Part shown: positions 47,273 through 57,589 of the stretch, one piece after another
Numbering within the stretch: position 1 is the stretch's first letter
Layout of the letters: the number at the start of each line of letters is the position of its first letter
Source of the DNA: a virus
Lineage: Duplodnaviria > Caudoviricetes
Virus record (IMG/VR): IMGVR_UViG_3300010163_000001
Location: 64,001-128,000 of that record
Length of the DNA: 64,000 nucleotides
Strand: one strand, 5' to 3'
Position numbers and translations under genes: made by a program
Notes under the pieces: model-generated
The model's input: the letters and a program-made list of their open reading frames with translations, nothing else
The model's database searches: none
Told to the model about the DNA's origin: nothing

Positions 47273-49237
47273 TCATTTTCGTTTTAAAAATAGGGTATTG
47301 TAATTATCAATACCTATTTTATATTTACTACTATCAATAATTTCTTTTAAATCTTTTGCAATCTTTTTATATTCAGAGTGGGATATGATAAATAAAGAAT
47401 TAGATTCTCCTGAATTAAATTTCTTTAAACCCCAATCTCCATTTGGTTTAATTCCGGACTTATAATTATGATCTGAGAAATATTTGTTTATTACAGTAAT
47501 TACATCATCTTCTTTGGAAGTAGATGATTCTGATGCATTTGTTAACATCTTTACTTTAAAATATTTTCTGTACATTTGAAGTTTTTCCTCTACTTCCTTC
47601 ATTCTTTTCAAATTCCATGTAAATGAATCAATTCCGTCTTTAATACCTTTATATTCTGGTATATCTCGTTTCGTTGCTCGTAATAAACTCTTTATTCCAC
47701 TCGTTCCTTTTATATAAACCGCATAATCTTGTAATAATTCTGGGGAGATAAATTCATAAAACCAAATTCCCTCCAGTACGAACTTTCTATCTTTATGAGT
47801 CTCTGCAAACCTAAGTACAAAATTAGTAAACGCTAAAGTAATCTTTTTATCAAAATCCTTTAAATCTGGATTACCACAAATTTCTCCTAACGGGACTCTA
47901 AATTTCTTACCTATTTTATCTTTAAATAAAAACTTATGGAATAAATCCCATTTCTTATATGGCCCTCCATACGTTTTATAATATTCTTCCGAATATTCAT
48001 CCTGATATATCAATAGATCTACATCGTAATGTTCTGCGACATCCGACATATCTTTACCCATTGTGGATTTTCCACTTCCTGAATATCCTGTGATAAAACA
48101 GATATTCGTCTCTCCAGAATCGAATTTATCTTTATTATAATAAAAGTCCTCTTCATCAAATACATAGGACTCTGTTGCTTTATCTTTCACCCAATCTTCA
48201 TCTGGATCAGCACTATTTTCTAATTCCCATTTCTTTTGTGCTTCTCTAGCATTTGATACTACCGGATTAGATTTCTTATCCCCATATATCCCGTTTCTAG
48301 TCATACTTGCTCCATCTGTAACAATAAAGAAATTAGCGTTATATTTCTTTCCAATTTTATCTACATCTTGTAGAAACTTTCTTGCTTCATTAACATTCTT
48401 ACATGATTCAGAAGCAACTGCTAATGTTTCTCTTGAATTCTCATCTTTTTCTTCTGGTATTTCTTCTTTGGCTTTCATGAGAAACTCAAAGAATTCCGTA
48501 AAGTTATTATCATTAATCTTTAAGTATCTTACATTTTTATTGCTAGCCATTACTTCATCTTTTAGTTTTTCTTTCACACGATTAATATCATTGAATGCTT
48601 TATTTGTAGAAGTTTGTTGTTTAATTTCAATCTCTAAGTTTAAACTTGGGATATAAAAATCTGGTATGTAAAATTTTCTACCCCAATTCTTCTTATCATC
48701 TTTTGGATTCTCATAATCGTAATAGTAAATATGTGGAGATGGTGATATCAAATCATTAGAATCCCATTCCATCATAGTATTCAACATTTCTAAAAAGTTT
48801 CTTTCATATTGTCCAACATATTCAAATTTCGTTCCATCATCAAAAGTGTATTTACCACTGATCTTTCGATTAGAAACCATTTTCTTTTGAATATTTGGAT
48901 CATCTAACAAATGTTCTTTTCCATACTTTCCTACCATTCTGCTTTTTGCTAATTTTACATAAGCTTTTTTACATTCTGGATTTGTACAATACTGGTCATA
49001 TTTCCAACTATTTTCATTCCATGGAGTAGGACCCTTACAAGTTCTACAAATTCCATGTGTTTTCCCAGTCATCGTGAAATAGAAATATCTCGCTACAGAA
49101 TAACCTTCTGGTCTAAGTCCGGGATGCATTTTATCAATATGATCCCCCCACCCATTTAAAGTTTTAAATTTCTTATTACAGGATGGACATTTATAATATT
49201 TCACTGTCATCATCGAAATATTCACACATCCTTTCAT
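47273..49237 (-). CDS. Polyprotein: Zn-finger/PD-(D/E)xK nuclease-like, small domain, P-loop kinase, C-terminal domain
   Basis: CPSC...H...H; YIPDFYIPSLNLEIEIK; ITGYSGSGKST...VLEG; junctions ASES/ATES/ASES. Confidence 0.7.
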   Translation of the reverse strand: MKGCVNISMMTVKYYKCPSCNKKFKTLNGWGDHIDKMHPGLRPEGYSVARYFYFTMTGKTHGICRTCKGPTPWNENSWKYDQYCTNPECKKAYVKLAKSRMVGKYGKEHLLDDPNIQKKMVSNRKISGKYTFDDGTKFEYVGQYERNFLEMLNTMMEWDSNDLISPSPHIYYYDYENPKDDKKNWGRKFYIPDFYIPSLNLEIEIKQQTSTNKAFNDINRVKEKLKDEVMASNKNVRYLKINDNNFTEFFEFLMKAKEEIPEEKDENSRETLAVASESCKNVNEARKFLQDVDKIGKKYNANFFIVTDGASMTRNGIYGDKKSNPVVSNAREAQKKWELENSADPDEDWVKDKATESYVFDEEDFYYNKDKFDSGETNICFITGYSGSGKSTMGKDMSDVAEHYDVDLLIYQDEYSEEYYKTYGGPYKKWDLFHKFLFKDKIGKKFRVPLGEICGNPDLKDFDKKITLAFTNFVLRFAETHKDRKFVLEGIWFYEFISPELLQDYAVYIKGTSGIKSLLRATKRDIPEYKGIKDGIDSFTWNLKRMKEVEEKLQMYRKYFKVKMLTNASESSTSKEDDVITVINKYFSDHNYKSGIKPNGDWGLKKFNSGESNSLFIISHSEYKKIAKDLKEIIDSSKYKIGIDNYNTLFLKRK

Positions 49238-49267
49238 ATTTAAATATCTTATTAATTAGTTCAACTT

Positions 49268-49345
49268 CCGTGTTTTACCTATTTAGATAAAGATATTCTT
49301 TTAGTAGCTATAAGAAAAAATAAAACAATAAGGAGGATAAAGTTT
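49268..49345 (+). promoter_or_regulatory. Conserved promoter/leader module, copy 4
   Basis: ATATTCTTTTAGTAGCTATAAGAAAAAATAAAACAATAAGGAGGATAA. Confidence 0.85.
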
Positions 49346-49777
49346 ATGGCTAAAATACAATATAAAGAAGTTTTTACAGCAAAGGGTGGCGTACCAACTC
49401 TTAAATTGGTTATACCGCCGGATGAAAACGACCCCGAATCATATGAAGGTTACTTAACACCTTTCCGCTGCTACAGATTCCAAGTATCCAAGGATGTGCA
49501 TGGTTCAGGAGACTATGGATCATCAGCAGTCATTGGATTGAAACATATTATGACGATAAGGTCTGGTGAAAAAGGACCAGGGTGGCAATCTAGCTGTAAT
49601 TTGGAAGAAACATGCAAAGAATTATTGCTTGGTCAGGCAATGATTGCAATTGCTAATTGGGCAGCAGGCATGGGAGCGGTTATGGCCGTAGCTCCAACTA
49701 GGCGTGAAAATTTTGTAGAAAAAACGCTGATTGGACAATTTATCGATCAGTGTTACGATTGGATTAAGAGTGTATAA
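49346..49777 (+). CDS. Orphan protein in conserved expression cassette 4
   Basis: Shared leader; bidirectional terminator at ~49803-49840. Confidence 0.8.
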   Translation: MAKIQYKEVFTAKGGVPTLKLVIPPDENDPESYEGYLTPFRCYRFQVSKDVHGSGDYGSSAVIGLKHIMTIRSGEKGPGWQSSCNLEETCKELLLGQAMIAIANWAAGMGAVMAVAPTRRENFVEKTLIGQFIDQCYDWIKSV

Positions 49778-49845
49778 AAACATTCAATGAGCCAATCAAG
49801 ATAAAAAAAGAAACCCTGTGTGAGCAGGGTTTCTTTTTTTATTCA

Positions 49846-50631
49846 TCATTCCGCTAATTGTTCATCGTTATCGTTACTTGAGATTTCTTCCACCTCATCC
49901 TTCTGAACAGGAATTTCTTCTGTTATAACATTTTCTGGAGTCTCTTCTATGCTTTCTCCATCATGCTCATCGACAGCTTCAATCACTGCAACTGATAGTT
50001 CATGAATTACTCGTCTAACAGAGCCTTCATCTGTCTTTTTAATAAAACATCTGGACTGAAGTCTCCCACTAATATACACAGTATCACCTTTCTTTAAACG
50101 ACTGGCATATAGAGAATTCCTATTCCATAAAATGCATGGAAGAAAGTAATTGTACTTGCTAACGTGCCGTTTTACGAACATGTCACAGATTCGTTTGTTT
50201 TGAGCAACCGTCTTTCTCAATGTTGGATCGGTATGCAATTGCGCTGTCAGATGAAAATTATTGTAATGGTGGAATCCATCATCAACAATGTCAATAGTTT
50301 CTGCTGCAACATATACCTCGAGAGATTTATTATTATATCTGGATCTGAGTTCCCCAGAAATTATTACGGTTTTACCTTCTAAGTCTTCCAAATCATTTTT
50401 TGCGATAATATGATCGGATATCATAACTATCAACGTATCAACAGTTTTAGAGTTTCTTTTTGTATCAAGAGATACAATATAGAAATCTTCTCTCTTTTTT
50501 TCACTTCTATAACTAAATACTGGTTCGCTTGATACTTTTCCGACAACAACTCCACCACTCTCATTGTTTTGTACTTCTGCTCTTCTTTCTTTTAATAATT
50601 CTCTTGTTTGTTTTAATACTTCATTGTTCAT
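49846..50631 (-). CDS. ssb: Single-stranded DNA-binding protein, tandem OB folds with acidic tail (clostridial type)
   Basis: Two OB repeats (ISGELRSR; ISGRLQSR), PCILWNRNS, acidic C-terminus. Confidence 0.85.
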   Translation of the reverse strand: MNNEVLKQTRELLKERRAEVQNNESGGVVVGKVSSEPVFSYRSEKKREDFYIVSLDTKRNSKTVDTLIVMISDHIIAKNDLEDLEGKTVIISGELRSRYNNKSLEVYVAAETIDIVDDGFHHYNNFHLTAQLHTDPTLRKTVAQNKRICDMFVKRHVSKYNYFLPCILWNRNSLYASRLKKGDTVYISGRLQSRCFIKKTDEGSVRRVIHELSVAVIEAVDEHDGESIEETPENVITEEIPVQKDEVEEISSNDNDEQLAE

Positions 50632-50728
50632 TTTTTGTAATTCCTCCTTAAATTCTTAAATTGTGTTTTATTTAGATTAACGTTTGATAATCAATGAAAT
50701 AATATGTTTTTATTTATTGTGGGTAATT

Positions 50729-51421
50729 TTATTTTATATTAACTCTTATCACGCCAATTATTGCAGATTTATCAATCTTATTGATATCTCTTTCAATATA
50801 AACGTATGGAACATATCTCTGTTTTCGAATTTCATCAAATTTATATAATGTATTCATTATGGGGATTATATTGCCTAGATCATCTTTAGGATCCTTCTGT
50901 CTTTTCATTTCTTTAAAAGCAAAGTTTACCAGAAATCTTAGAGTTTCTTCAACACTTGATCGTTTTAATAATTGACCTTTTTGAGATTTATATTGCGAGG
51001 ATGTAATAATATCTTTAAGTCTCAATTCCTTTAATAAGTCAACAAATACCTTTGATAATTCTTCTTCATTCATTCGCCGATATCTTTGGATAGTAACTGA
51101 ATTGGCGTTGATAATATTTATGTTAAAAGAATCAAAATATTTTATTTTATACAATAATTCATCGCATACTTCTCGTATGCTTTTATCAACAAACCCTATT
51201 ATTGTATCCGGATCAACATTATCATATAAACCATAAATAAACACGTTGACATAAGGATTGCTTTCATCCTCACAATGAGCTTCAACTGAAAATTGTAAAT
51301 TAGAATAATATGGATTCATGTTTATAGCTCTTCGAAATACCTCATAACAAAAAGACCCTCGATCTCTTATCGGTTCACTATTGTGTAATGATAAAACTTC
51401 TCGAATTTTTTTTAAACTCAT
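50729..51421 (-). CDS. Hypothetical protein
   Basis: AGGAGG RBS. Confidence 0.75.
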   Translation of the reverse strand: MSLKKIREVLSLHNSEPIRDRGSFCYEVFRRAINMNPYYSNLQFSVEAHCEDESNPYVNVFIYGLYDNVDPDTIIGFVDKSIREVCDELLYKIKYFDSFNINIINANSVTIQRYRRMNEEELSKVFVDLLKELRLKDIITSSQYKSQKGQLLKRSSVEETLRFLVNFAFKEMKRQKDPKDDLGNIIPIMNTLYKFDEIRKQRYVPYVYIERDINKIDKSAIIGVIRVNIK

Positions 51422-51512
51422 ATTAGATTCCTCCTTTTATTTTCTATTCAAGAATATTATATTTGTATTAAGACAGAGAGTAATTTTCAATTTCACTCTC
51501 TGTCTTGGGTCC

Positions 51513-53963
51513 TTAAACTAATGATACACCTTTGTTCTTAGAAGCTGTAATTATCATTTCTTTTATTTCCTTCGGAATGTTTAATTCTTCTACTTCTGGA
51601 AGTTTGAATATCTCTTTCCATACGTAATCTTCTTTTTCTCCAGGATAGGATTCCATGAAAGAGATACTTTCCATTTGATCTATGAATTTTGCAAATAACT
51701 TCACATACATAGAACGATTCATTGGAGTATCATATATCGTAAATTCTCCTATTTGTAAAGGCATAATAGCATCTTCTATCATAATATCATCATATTCATG
51801 TTCCTTCACAAACTTTGTCCTTAATCCTATACCTTTCAATTTCGCGTTAAAAATGTCCGCATTTGTATTAATATAATTATCCTTTACTACAAGTCTCTTG
51901 ATTTCCAATGGATTTCCATCTGTCTCTAAAATTTGTTTTAATGCTTTCTTTCCAAGAGTAGAAGAACGCATAAAGATATTATATTCCGCCAATAATCTCC
52001 CAGATATTGCAGCCATCAAATTATAAGCTTCACCAATTCGCACTGGTGATTTTGAATATTGACTGCGATTATCTCTCTTTGTGGTGTCTTTAACAGGGAG
52101 ATTCGCTCTATCAATTCGAAAAGTGCTTCTTGCAGAGAAGTTCTTGTTATTATTATGCTTGAGAACCATCATATATTTCTCAGCAACAATACCATCCTTA
52201 ATAATTCTTCTTCTTTTCGTTCCAAATATATCAATATACAATGGAAGTGGTTTGATAAAATCGAAAGTGTCATAAATCTTTCGTATTGTTTCATATCGAA
52301 TCGGAGAATCTTGTTCCTTTCGAATATAAAATCCATGTTCTTCTACATTTCGTATAAATCTTTCTTTCTCTTTCTGATTAACTAATGCAATATTATGACT
52401 TCTAATTGTTAACTTTTGATCAAATGAATTATACATATCATAGAAGAAATTACATTCAGACTCATTAATCAATCCCAAATATTCGAATATTAAGTCTTCT
52501 TTTTCTTCCATTGTATCTAACGATACTACTTTCTTACGAATTTCCTCTGAACAGAAATTCAAATCCAATTCGTCTAATTGTCCAGGATTTAATCTTCGAA
52601 GTGCTCCAGATGCATTTAACATAATATCAACAGGATACTCATCAGTATAAGGCATCTCAGAATCCGGAACTATTTCTATATTAGATGCCAATTTTGCACG
52701 CTCTTCATCATTGATCGGTCTTCCTAACATGTCTAATATGGAGTCTATTGTATCAGTTATCATATCAGCAACACCTGGTTCTGAAACCACATTTGAAACT
52801 ACTCCTTTATCTCCATACCTACCGGCAACTTTTGACCCGGGTACTAACCCTAATACGGATTGAACCTTAAATTCCACTATCATATTTCCAAACGGTTTAT
52901 TTTTCTCTTTTCCACACCAAAGCCATTCCGGATCATTGAAATGCTGATATTTACTTTTGAAGAACGGAATATTATCTGTATACTTTGATCCTGACTTTTT
53001 AATCTTACTGCTCCACTCTGTCATCTTATCTGCATATGCACATATCTCATCATACCATCCTTTTAACTGTTTAAAGAAAGTCGTTTCTGGAAATGGATCT
53101 GGATTATTGTAATAAATATTAACATCGTAAATGAAACTGTAATCCGCCTCACCAATGTAATAATCAAAATCTGTACTGTAAATTCTTCTCAGATTATCAT
53201 TCTGAAAATCTGTTACAATATGATCTTTGTTGATTGGTCTTAAAGCCATCAGTACGCTATCTTTAATATTTTCTCCAAAATTTGGGCATATTTGATAGGC
53301 ATTTTCATCCCCATATAAGTTCAGAGGAATATGATTCATATTAATAGGTATCGTTACCGTATCAATTTCGACTGATTTTACTCCATCTGCCCATCCTTTT
53401 CGAATTTTAACTGCGTCTTCTAATGTATCTGTAGAAGTTGAATAATACACTTTCGCATTCTTACCATACCGATAATTCATGTGCTCATCATATGCAGTAG
53501 ACTTATAGATTACTTTATCTGTAATAACATCTCCTACTTCTAGTTCATCCATTACTTTCGTATTATATACAAATCCAAATTTCTCAATTAGATTCTCTGC
53601 AATTGGTTTTTCTATCATATCATATAAATCTTTCTCTGGATTATATAATACGAGTGTATAAATCATTCCGTTTTTAAATTTTCTTATAATATCTTTTACT
53701 TCCCAAGTTCCTTCTAATCTTTTATAAGAGCGATCTTTATTTAATTTTCCTAATGGATTTTCCCATCCAGTAGATATTCTCGGAACATCAGGATTCAATA
53801 AGGTCAAACTTTGTATTGTCTCTGCTGTGTTCATGTATAACCTAGAAGCATCTATATCACTAGGCCATGTCAATAGCGTATTCGCAGACATTTTATAAGT
53901 TTGACCTTCATACATTTCATCCATTTTGACATAGTCATCTTTAAAAGCAATCGCCATCTTCAA
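51513..53963 (-). CDS. Phage multisubunit RNA polymerase beta subunit, C-terminal half
   Basis: DASRLYM...Q (cf. DANRALMGANMQRQ), TLEDA, GSKVAGRYGDKGVVS, RRLNPGQ, KYMMVLKH, PVRIGE. Confidence 0.92.
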   Translation of the reverse strand: MKMAIAFKDDYVKMDEMYEGQTYKMSANTLLTWPSDIDASRLYMNTAETIQSLTLLNPDVPRISTGWENPLGKLNKDRSYKRLEGTWEVKDIIRKFKNGMIYTLVLYNPEKDLYDMIEKPIAENLIEKFGFVYNTKVMDELEVGDVITDKVIYKSTAYDEHMNYRYGKNAKVYYSTSTDTLEDAVKIRKGWADGVKSVEIDTVTIPINMNHIPLNLYGDENAYQICPNFGENIKDSVLMALRPINKDHIVTDFQNDNLRRIYSTDFDYYIGEADYSFIYDVNIYYNNPDPFPETTFFKQLKGWYDEICAYADKMTEWSSKIKKSGSKYTDNIPFFKSKYQHFNDPEWLWCGKEKNKPFGNMIVEFKVQSVLGLVPGSKVAGRYGDKGVVSNVVSEPGVADMITDTIDSILDMLGRPINDEERAKLASNIEIVPDSEMPYTDEYPVDIMLNASGALRRLNPGQLDELDLNFCSEEIRKKVVSLDTMEEKEDLIFEYLGLINESECNFFYDMYNSFDQKLTIRSHNIALVNQKEKERFIRNVEEHGFYIRKEQDSPIRYETIRKIYDTFDFIKPLPLYIDIFGTKRRRIIKDGIVAEKYMMVLKHNNNKNFSARSTFRIDRANLPVKDTTKRDNRSQYSKSPVRIGEAYNLMAAISGRLLAEYNIFMRSSTLGKKALKQILETDGNPLEIKRLVVKDNYINTNADIFNAKLKGIGLRTKFVKEHEYDDIMIEDAIMPLQIGEFTIYDTPMNRSMYVKLFAKFIDQMESISFMESYPGEKEDYVWKEIFKLPEVEELNIPKEIKEMIITASKNKGVSLV

Positions 53964-53984
53964 ATTCCTCCTATATAAATATTT

Positions 53985-54362
53985 TTAATAAACGGATTTA
54001 TTTTGATTTAACATATTATTATATTTAGTAATCTTTATCATTTTTATTTTCTTTATAAGTTCATCTGGAACGCCAGTAAGCTGTTTTATATATCCTATCC
54101 CAAGTTCAACATCACAAATCTCCTCTGCTAAAGATACCATATCAATATCTCCGTTTTTTCGTATAAATTTAGATACCTCCTGTTGTAATTCTGAAAGTTC
54201 TTCTATGGCAATTATCAAATTAGCAGTCCCATGAGGTAGAGGATTGTCTTCCATAGCCTCAATCAGCATGTTTCTGTTTAGTGTTATTTCTTTTTCAAGT
54301 TCCTCATCAGACATAACATCATCAATTTTTTCTAACTCTTCTTTAATTTTAGCTAATTCCAT
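53985..54362 (-). CDS. MazG-like nucleotide pyrophosphohydrolase
   Basis: IEELSELQQEVSK...LAEEICDV. Confidence 0.75.
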   Translation of the reverse strand: MELAKIKEELEKIDDVMSDEELEKEITLNRNMLIEAMEDNPLPHGTANLIIAIEELSELQQEVSKFIRKNGDIDMVSLAEEICDVELGIGYIKQLTGVPDELIKKIKMIKITKYNNMLNQNKSVY

Positions 54363-54427
54363 ATTTCTTATCCTCCTTTTATAAAATAAGGGATTGTTAT
54401 GCTAAATAACAATCCCTATATATTTGA

Positions 54428-55666
54428 TTAAGCTGCTACAGCAGTATCAGTTTCTTTCATTTGCTCTTCATTGGCTTTCATAAAATCACCATAGAGAACT
54501 TTATCATTATTACTTAATTCTTTAGAGCCAAGTAATGCTTCTAAATGAGGCTGTAACTCACCCATGAATGCATCTCGGAATGGTTTTTCACCAAGGAACT
54601 TTGCACGAAAATCCTTTCTACTAAATTTATATTCACTTAATCCATGCATATGAAGAAATGGATTCCTTCCATCAATTAACCCAATTGATTTTGAATATTC
54701 ATATAGAGAATAAATAGGATCAAATCCAATTTCCCCATTAAAGCAAACATCAACTGAACTTCCGACAAATGCAGTTTTTGTTTTTGCAATTTGTAACGAT
54801 GCTTTAACACCATCAAATCCAACATCATCTCTTTTGTACATATTAGATTTAATCATATCTAATCGGAAATAATTCTGACTATAATACTGTGCTGCATAAC
54901 CTCTATTTACTTGCTCATTCGGCTTCAACATCATCAGACCCTTTGGTGCTTGGTTATATGGATCTGGATTTACTTTGGGCACAATATGATTAATCGTAAA
55001 CACGGTAATATTGTATCTCATCATACGATCAAGACAATTTGTGAAGAATCTCGTTACATCCTTTGCTGCTCTTGCTGCATCCATATTCGTTCCGAGATCC
55101 TTATCATTTCTATTATCTCTACTATTAAAGGACGGAAGGGAATCTATCACAAATACAGTAGGAACATAAGCCAAAAACTTCCGATTATCAAAGGACTTAG
55201 ATTCAACCTCGTATTTATATAAGTTTCCACTATTTTCTTTCACTTCACAGATTTGATTAAACATATCCATGACATCTTCAATAGAACTATAATCTTTCTT
55301 TAATCTCAATCGATCGTCCCTTGGGTCTGTTCCTGTTATTTGGACCATTCTAGGTTTCAAGTTCGTCTTTTCACAATCAATATGAAATAACATACCATCT
55401 TCAAATGGCTTGATGATATTAAATCCCATTTGATCTGCAAGAGTGGACTTTCCTGAACCAGTTGGTCCTATAATTGATATAAATGTTCCTCCCATAACTC
55501 CGATAACAGGTACCTTACGGTATGTACCGTCACCATTGTCTATTGTCATCCAAAATCCATTTGCATAATCTAATGGTAAAATACCTGTAGAATAATTTAC
55601 AAATGTATCATTTGATGTAAATAATCCTTTTTTGTCACCTGCGTCTAATTCCGCCATCAAACTCAT
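54428..55666 (-). CDS. RecA/UvsX-like recombinase
   Basis: STGILPLD, GPTGSGKST, HIDCE, VIDSL, TINHI. Confidence 0.9.
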   Translation of the reverse strand: MSLMAELDAGDKKGLFTSNDTFVNYSTGILPLDYANGFWMTIDNGDGTYRKVPVIGVMGGTFISIIGPTGSGKSTLADQMGFNIIKPFEDGMLFHIDCEKTNLKPRMVQITGTDPRDDRLRLKKDYSSIEDVMDMFNQICEVKENSGNLYKYEVESKSFDNRKFLAYVPTVFVIDSLPSFNSRDNRNDKDLGTNMDAARAAKDVTRFFTNCLDRMMRYNITVFTINHIVPKVNPDPYNQAPKGLMMLKPNEQVNRGYAAQYYSQNYFRLDMIKSNMYKRDDVGFDGVKASLQIAKTKTAFVGSSVDVCFNGEIGFDPIYSLYEYSKSIGLIDGRNPFLHMHGLSEYKFSRKDFRAKFLGEKPFRDAFMGELQPHLEALLGSKELSNNDKVLYGDFMKANEEQMKETDTAVAA

Positions 55667-55758
55667 ATTTTAATACCTCCTTTTCAAATAAAAAAATATG
55701 GAGTAGTTTATAAAAATATTATAAGGATGTCATAAATTGTATATGACATCCTTATTTA

Positions 55759-56637
55759 TTACCGTCTCTTCTTATTTTTTCCTTTCTTTCCATGTTTCTT
55801 CGCCGGATATTTCGATTTGTAATCCGAATTCATCTTTTCAATCATATCATCAAGAGAATCCTGTGTTACATAATTATCACAAGGAATTTCTTCTCCTATT
55901 GTGGGGTTATGCTTATTGTTAACTGGTGGCTTATCAGAAACTTCCGGTTTCTGATATTCCATCTTATTGGGTTTCTCTGTAAGTTTTTCTTTTTTATCCT
56001 TAACTGTATAAATTGGGAACGTTTGAGCACCCTTGAATTCTGCTACATCAACATCAGAACAATCAGAACGTTTCTTCAAATAAACAATACCTTCTTCTGT
56101 AAACTCTATCGTATGTTCCGTACACACTGTATGTTTGTCTTCATTATAACCTTCAATGTTATAAGACTCAATTTTAAGTGTAAGGACATCCTTATGATAC
56201 TTATGCGTTTTGTTAAAAAGAGATACATTCGGAACTATAACCATATACGCAATCTTCTTAAACAACGCATCATCATATTCAATATCTCTCCGCTCACTTT
56301 GAATAATAGACCCTCTGAAGATGCGATATTCAAAAGATGATTCAATCGGTTTTAATATACCGTTAAATGGTATTGCAACAATATATACATCAGTGTCAAA
56401 TCGATTTTTGGCGGAGGAATTCATTTTAAATACAGATTTTCCTTCCGAGTTATTACTCATCCAAATTCTTAGATTGTTATCAGAATAATTCTGAGTATCA
56501 GAAATAACGCTTGCTAGTCTGATTTGTTTTTGATTCTGTCCAACACCAATAGAATTAAAATGGGTAATTGTCTGATTACTATTATACTTTGATTCTACTG
56601 TAGTATGGATCAAATCCTTATTTAAAAACTTTAACAT
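55759..56637 (-). CDS. Hypothetical protein with basic C-terminal tail
   Basis: GGAGG RBS. Confidence 0.8.
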   Translation of the reverse strand: MLKFLNKDLIHTTVESKYNSNQTITHFNSIGVGQNQKQIRLASVISDTQNYSDNNLRIWMSNNSEGKSVFKMNSSAKNRFDTDVYIVAIPFNGILKPIESSFEYRIFRGSIIQSERRDIEYDDALFKKIAYMVIVPNVSLFNKTHKYHKDVLTLKIESYNIEGYNEDKHTVCTEHTIEFTEEGIVYLKKRSDCSDVDVAEFKGAQTFPIYTVKDKKEKLTEKPNKMEYQKPEVSDKPPVNNKHNPTIGEEIPCDNYVTQDSLDDMIEKMNSDYKSKYPAKKHGKKGKNKKRR

Positions 56638-56689
56638 TTTTTGTTTCCTCCATATCTGGTTTTTTATTTATAGCTTGGTTTTCTTTAAA

Positions 56690-57523
56690 TTAAAGTTTCA
56701 TCTCTATTGTATTTTTCATTTTTTTAACTATATTATGAGGCATATCACTCAAGTGAAATAAATTTCTATTTGGTTTTTCAAATAAATGTTCATTTCCTTC
56801 ATATGGGACATAATACTTAGTTTGTGATTGAATCAGATAAACTCCTTTATCTCTTCTATCCCAACTAAAGTGCCATTCGTGGTTGATCATCATTGGGTAA
56901 TCTAATTTTACAGGGGTGGCTGATTTCAGATCTTTTATAAATTCATAAATATTAAACTTAACACGAATATCTACAAATACGTACACTAATTCAGTCACTG
57001 CTTCTTGATATCCCATTTGATAAGTGAGTAAAGGTTTTCTTAACTTGATAAATTTTCCATTGAATAATGTGTAAAAAGGAGATTTTCGAATTGGAGAAAT
57101 AATCCCATTAAATCCATATCCTCCGATTAATAAAAAGTGAGTATCTGTTTCTTTTTCCTTTTCCTCTAAAGGAATGGGACATTCTATATAGTAAATAATG
57201 GTATGAAATTTTCTTTCATAAAACCCATGTATAACATCAACATATTCAGAATCTGTATAAAGATTCAATATTTTTCCTCCATATGATTCTGACATTTTTT
57301 CTAAAGTTCTAACAAGCGAATCCGAATCTTTATATTCATGATAAACCCGACATGTATTATCTATAATAATTGAAGCAAATGGAGTATCAACATCAATTTT
57401 CGGAATATTTTGATCTGTCTTAATATAAAGATTTATAGATACAGTAACCATTCCTGAAATGGATCTATGTGGAATTATTTTGGTATCAAAATAAAAAAGA
57501 TTCAAATTTTCAATTTTTAACAT
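56690..57523 (-). CDS. Hypothetical protein
   Basis: AGGAGG RBS. Confidence 0.8.
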   Translation of the reverse strand: MLKIENLNLFYFDTKIIPHRSISGMVTVSINLYIKTDQNIPKIDVDTPFASIIIDNTCRVYHEYKDSDSLVRTLEKMSESYGGKILNLYTDSEYVDVIHGFYERKFHTIIYYIECPIPLEEKEKETDTHFLLIGGYGFNGIISPIRKSPFYTLFNGKFIKLRKPLLTYQMGYQEAVTELVYVFVDIRVKFNIYEFIKDLKSATPVKLDYPMMINHEWHFSWDRRDKGVYLIQSQTKYYVPYEGNEHLFEKPNRNLFHLSDMPHNIVKKMKNTIEMKL

Positions 57524-57589
57524 TTAAAAACCTCCTTTTAACGTCTAGTATTGAACCCCGGGAGAAACATCCCGGGGTTCATTTAAGTT

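Noticed and set aside
26362-53963. Group I/II introns in the RNAP genes (common in AR9)
   Set aside because: The RNAP ORFs are continuous with motifs in order and no intervening sequence.
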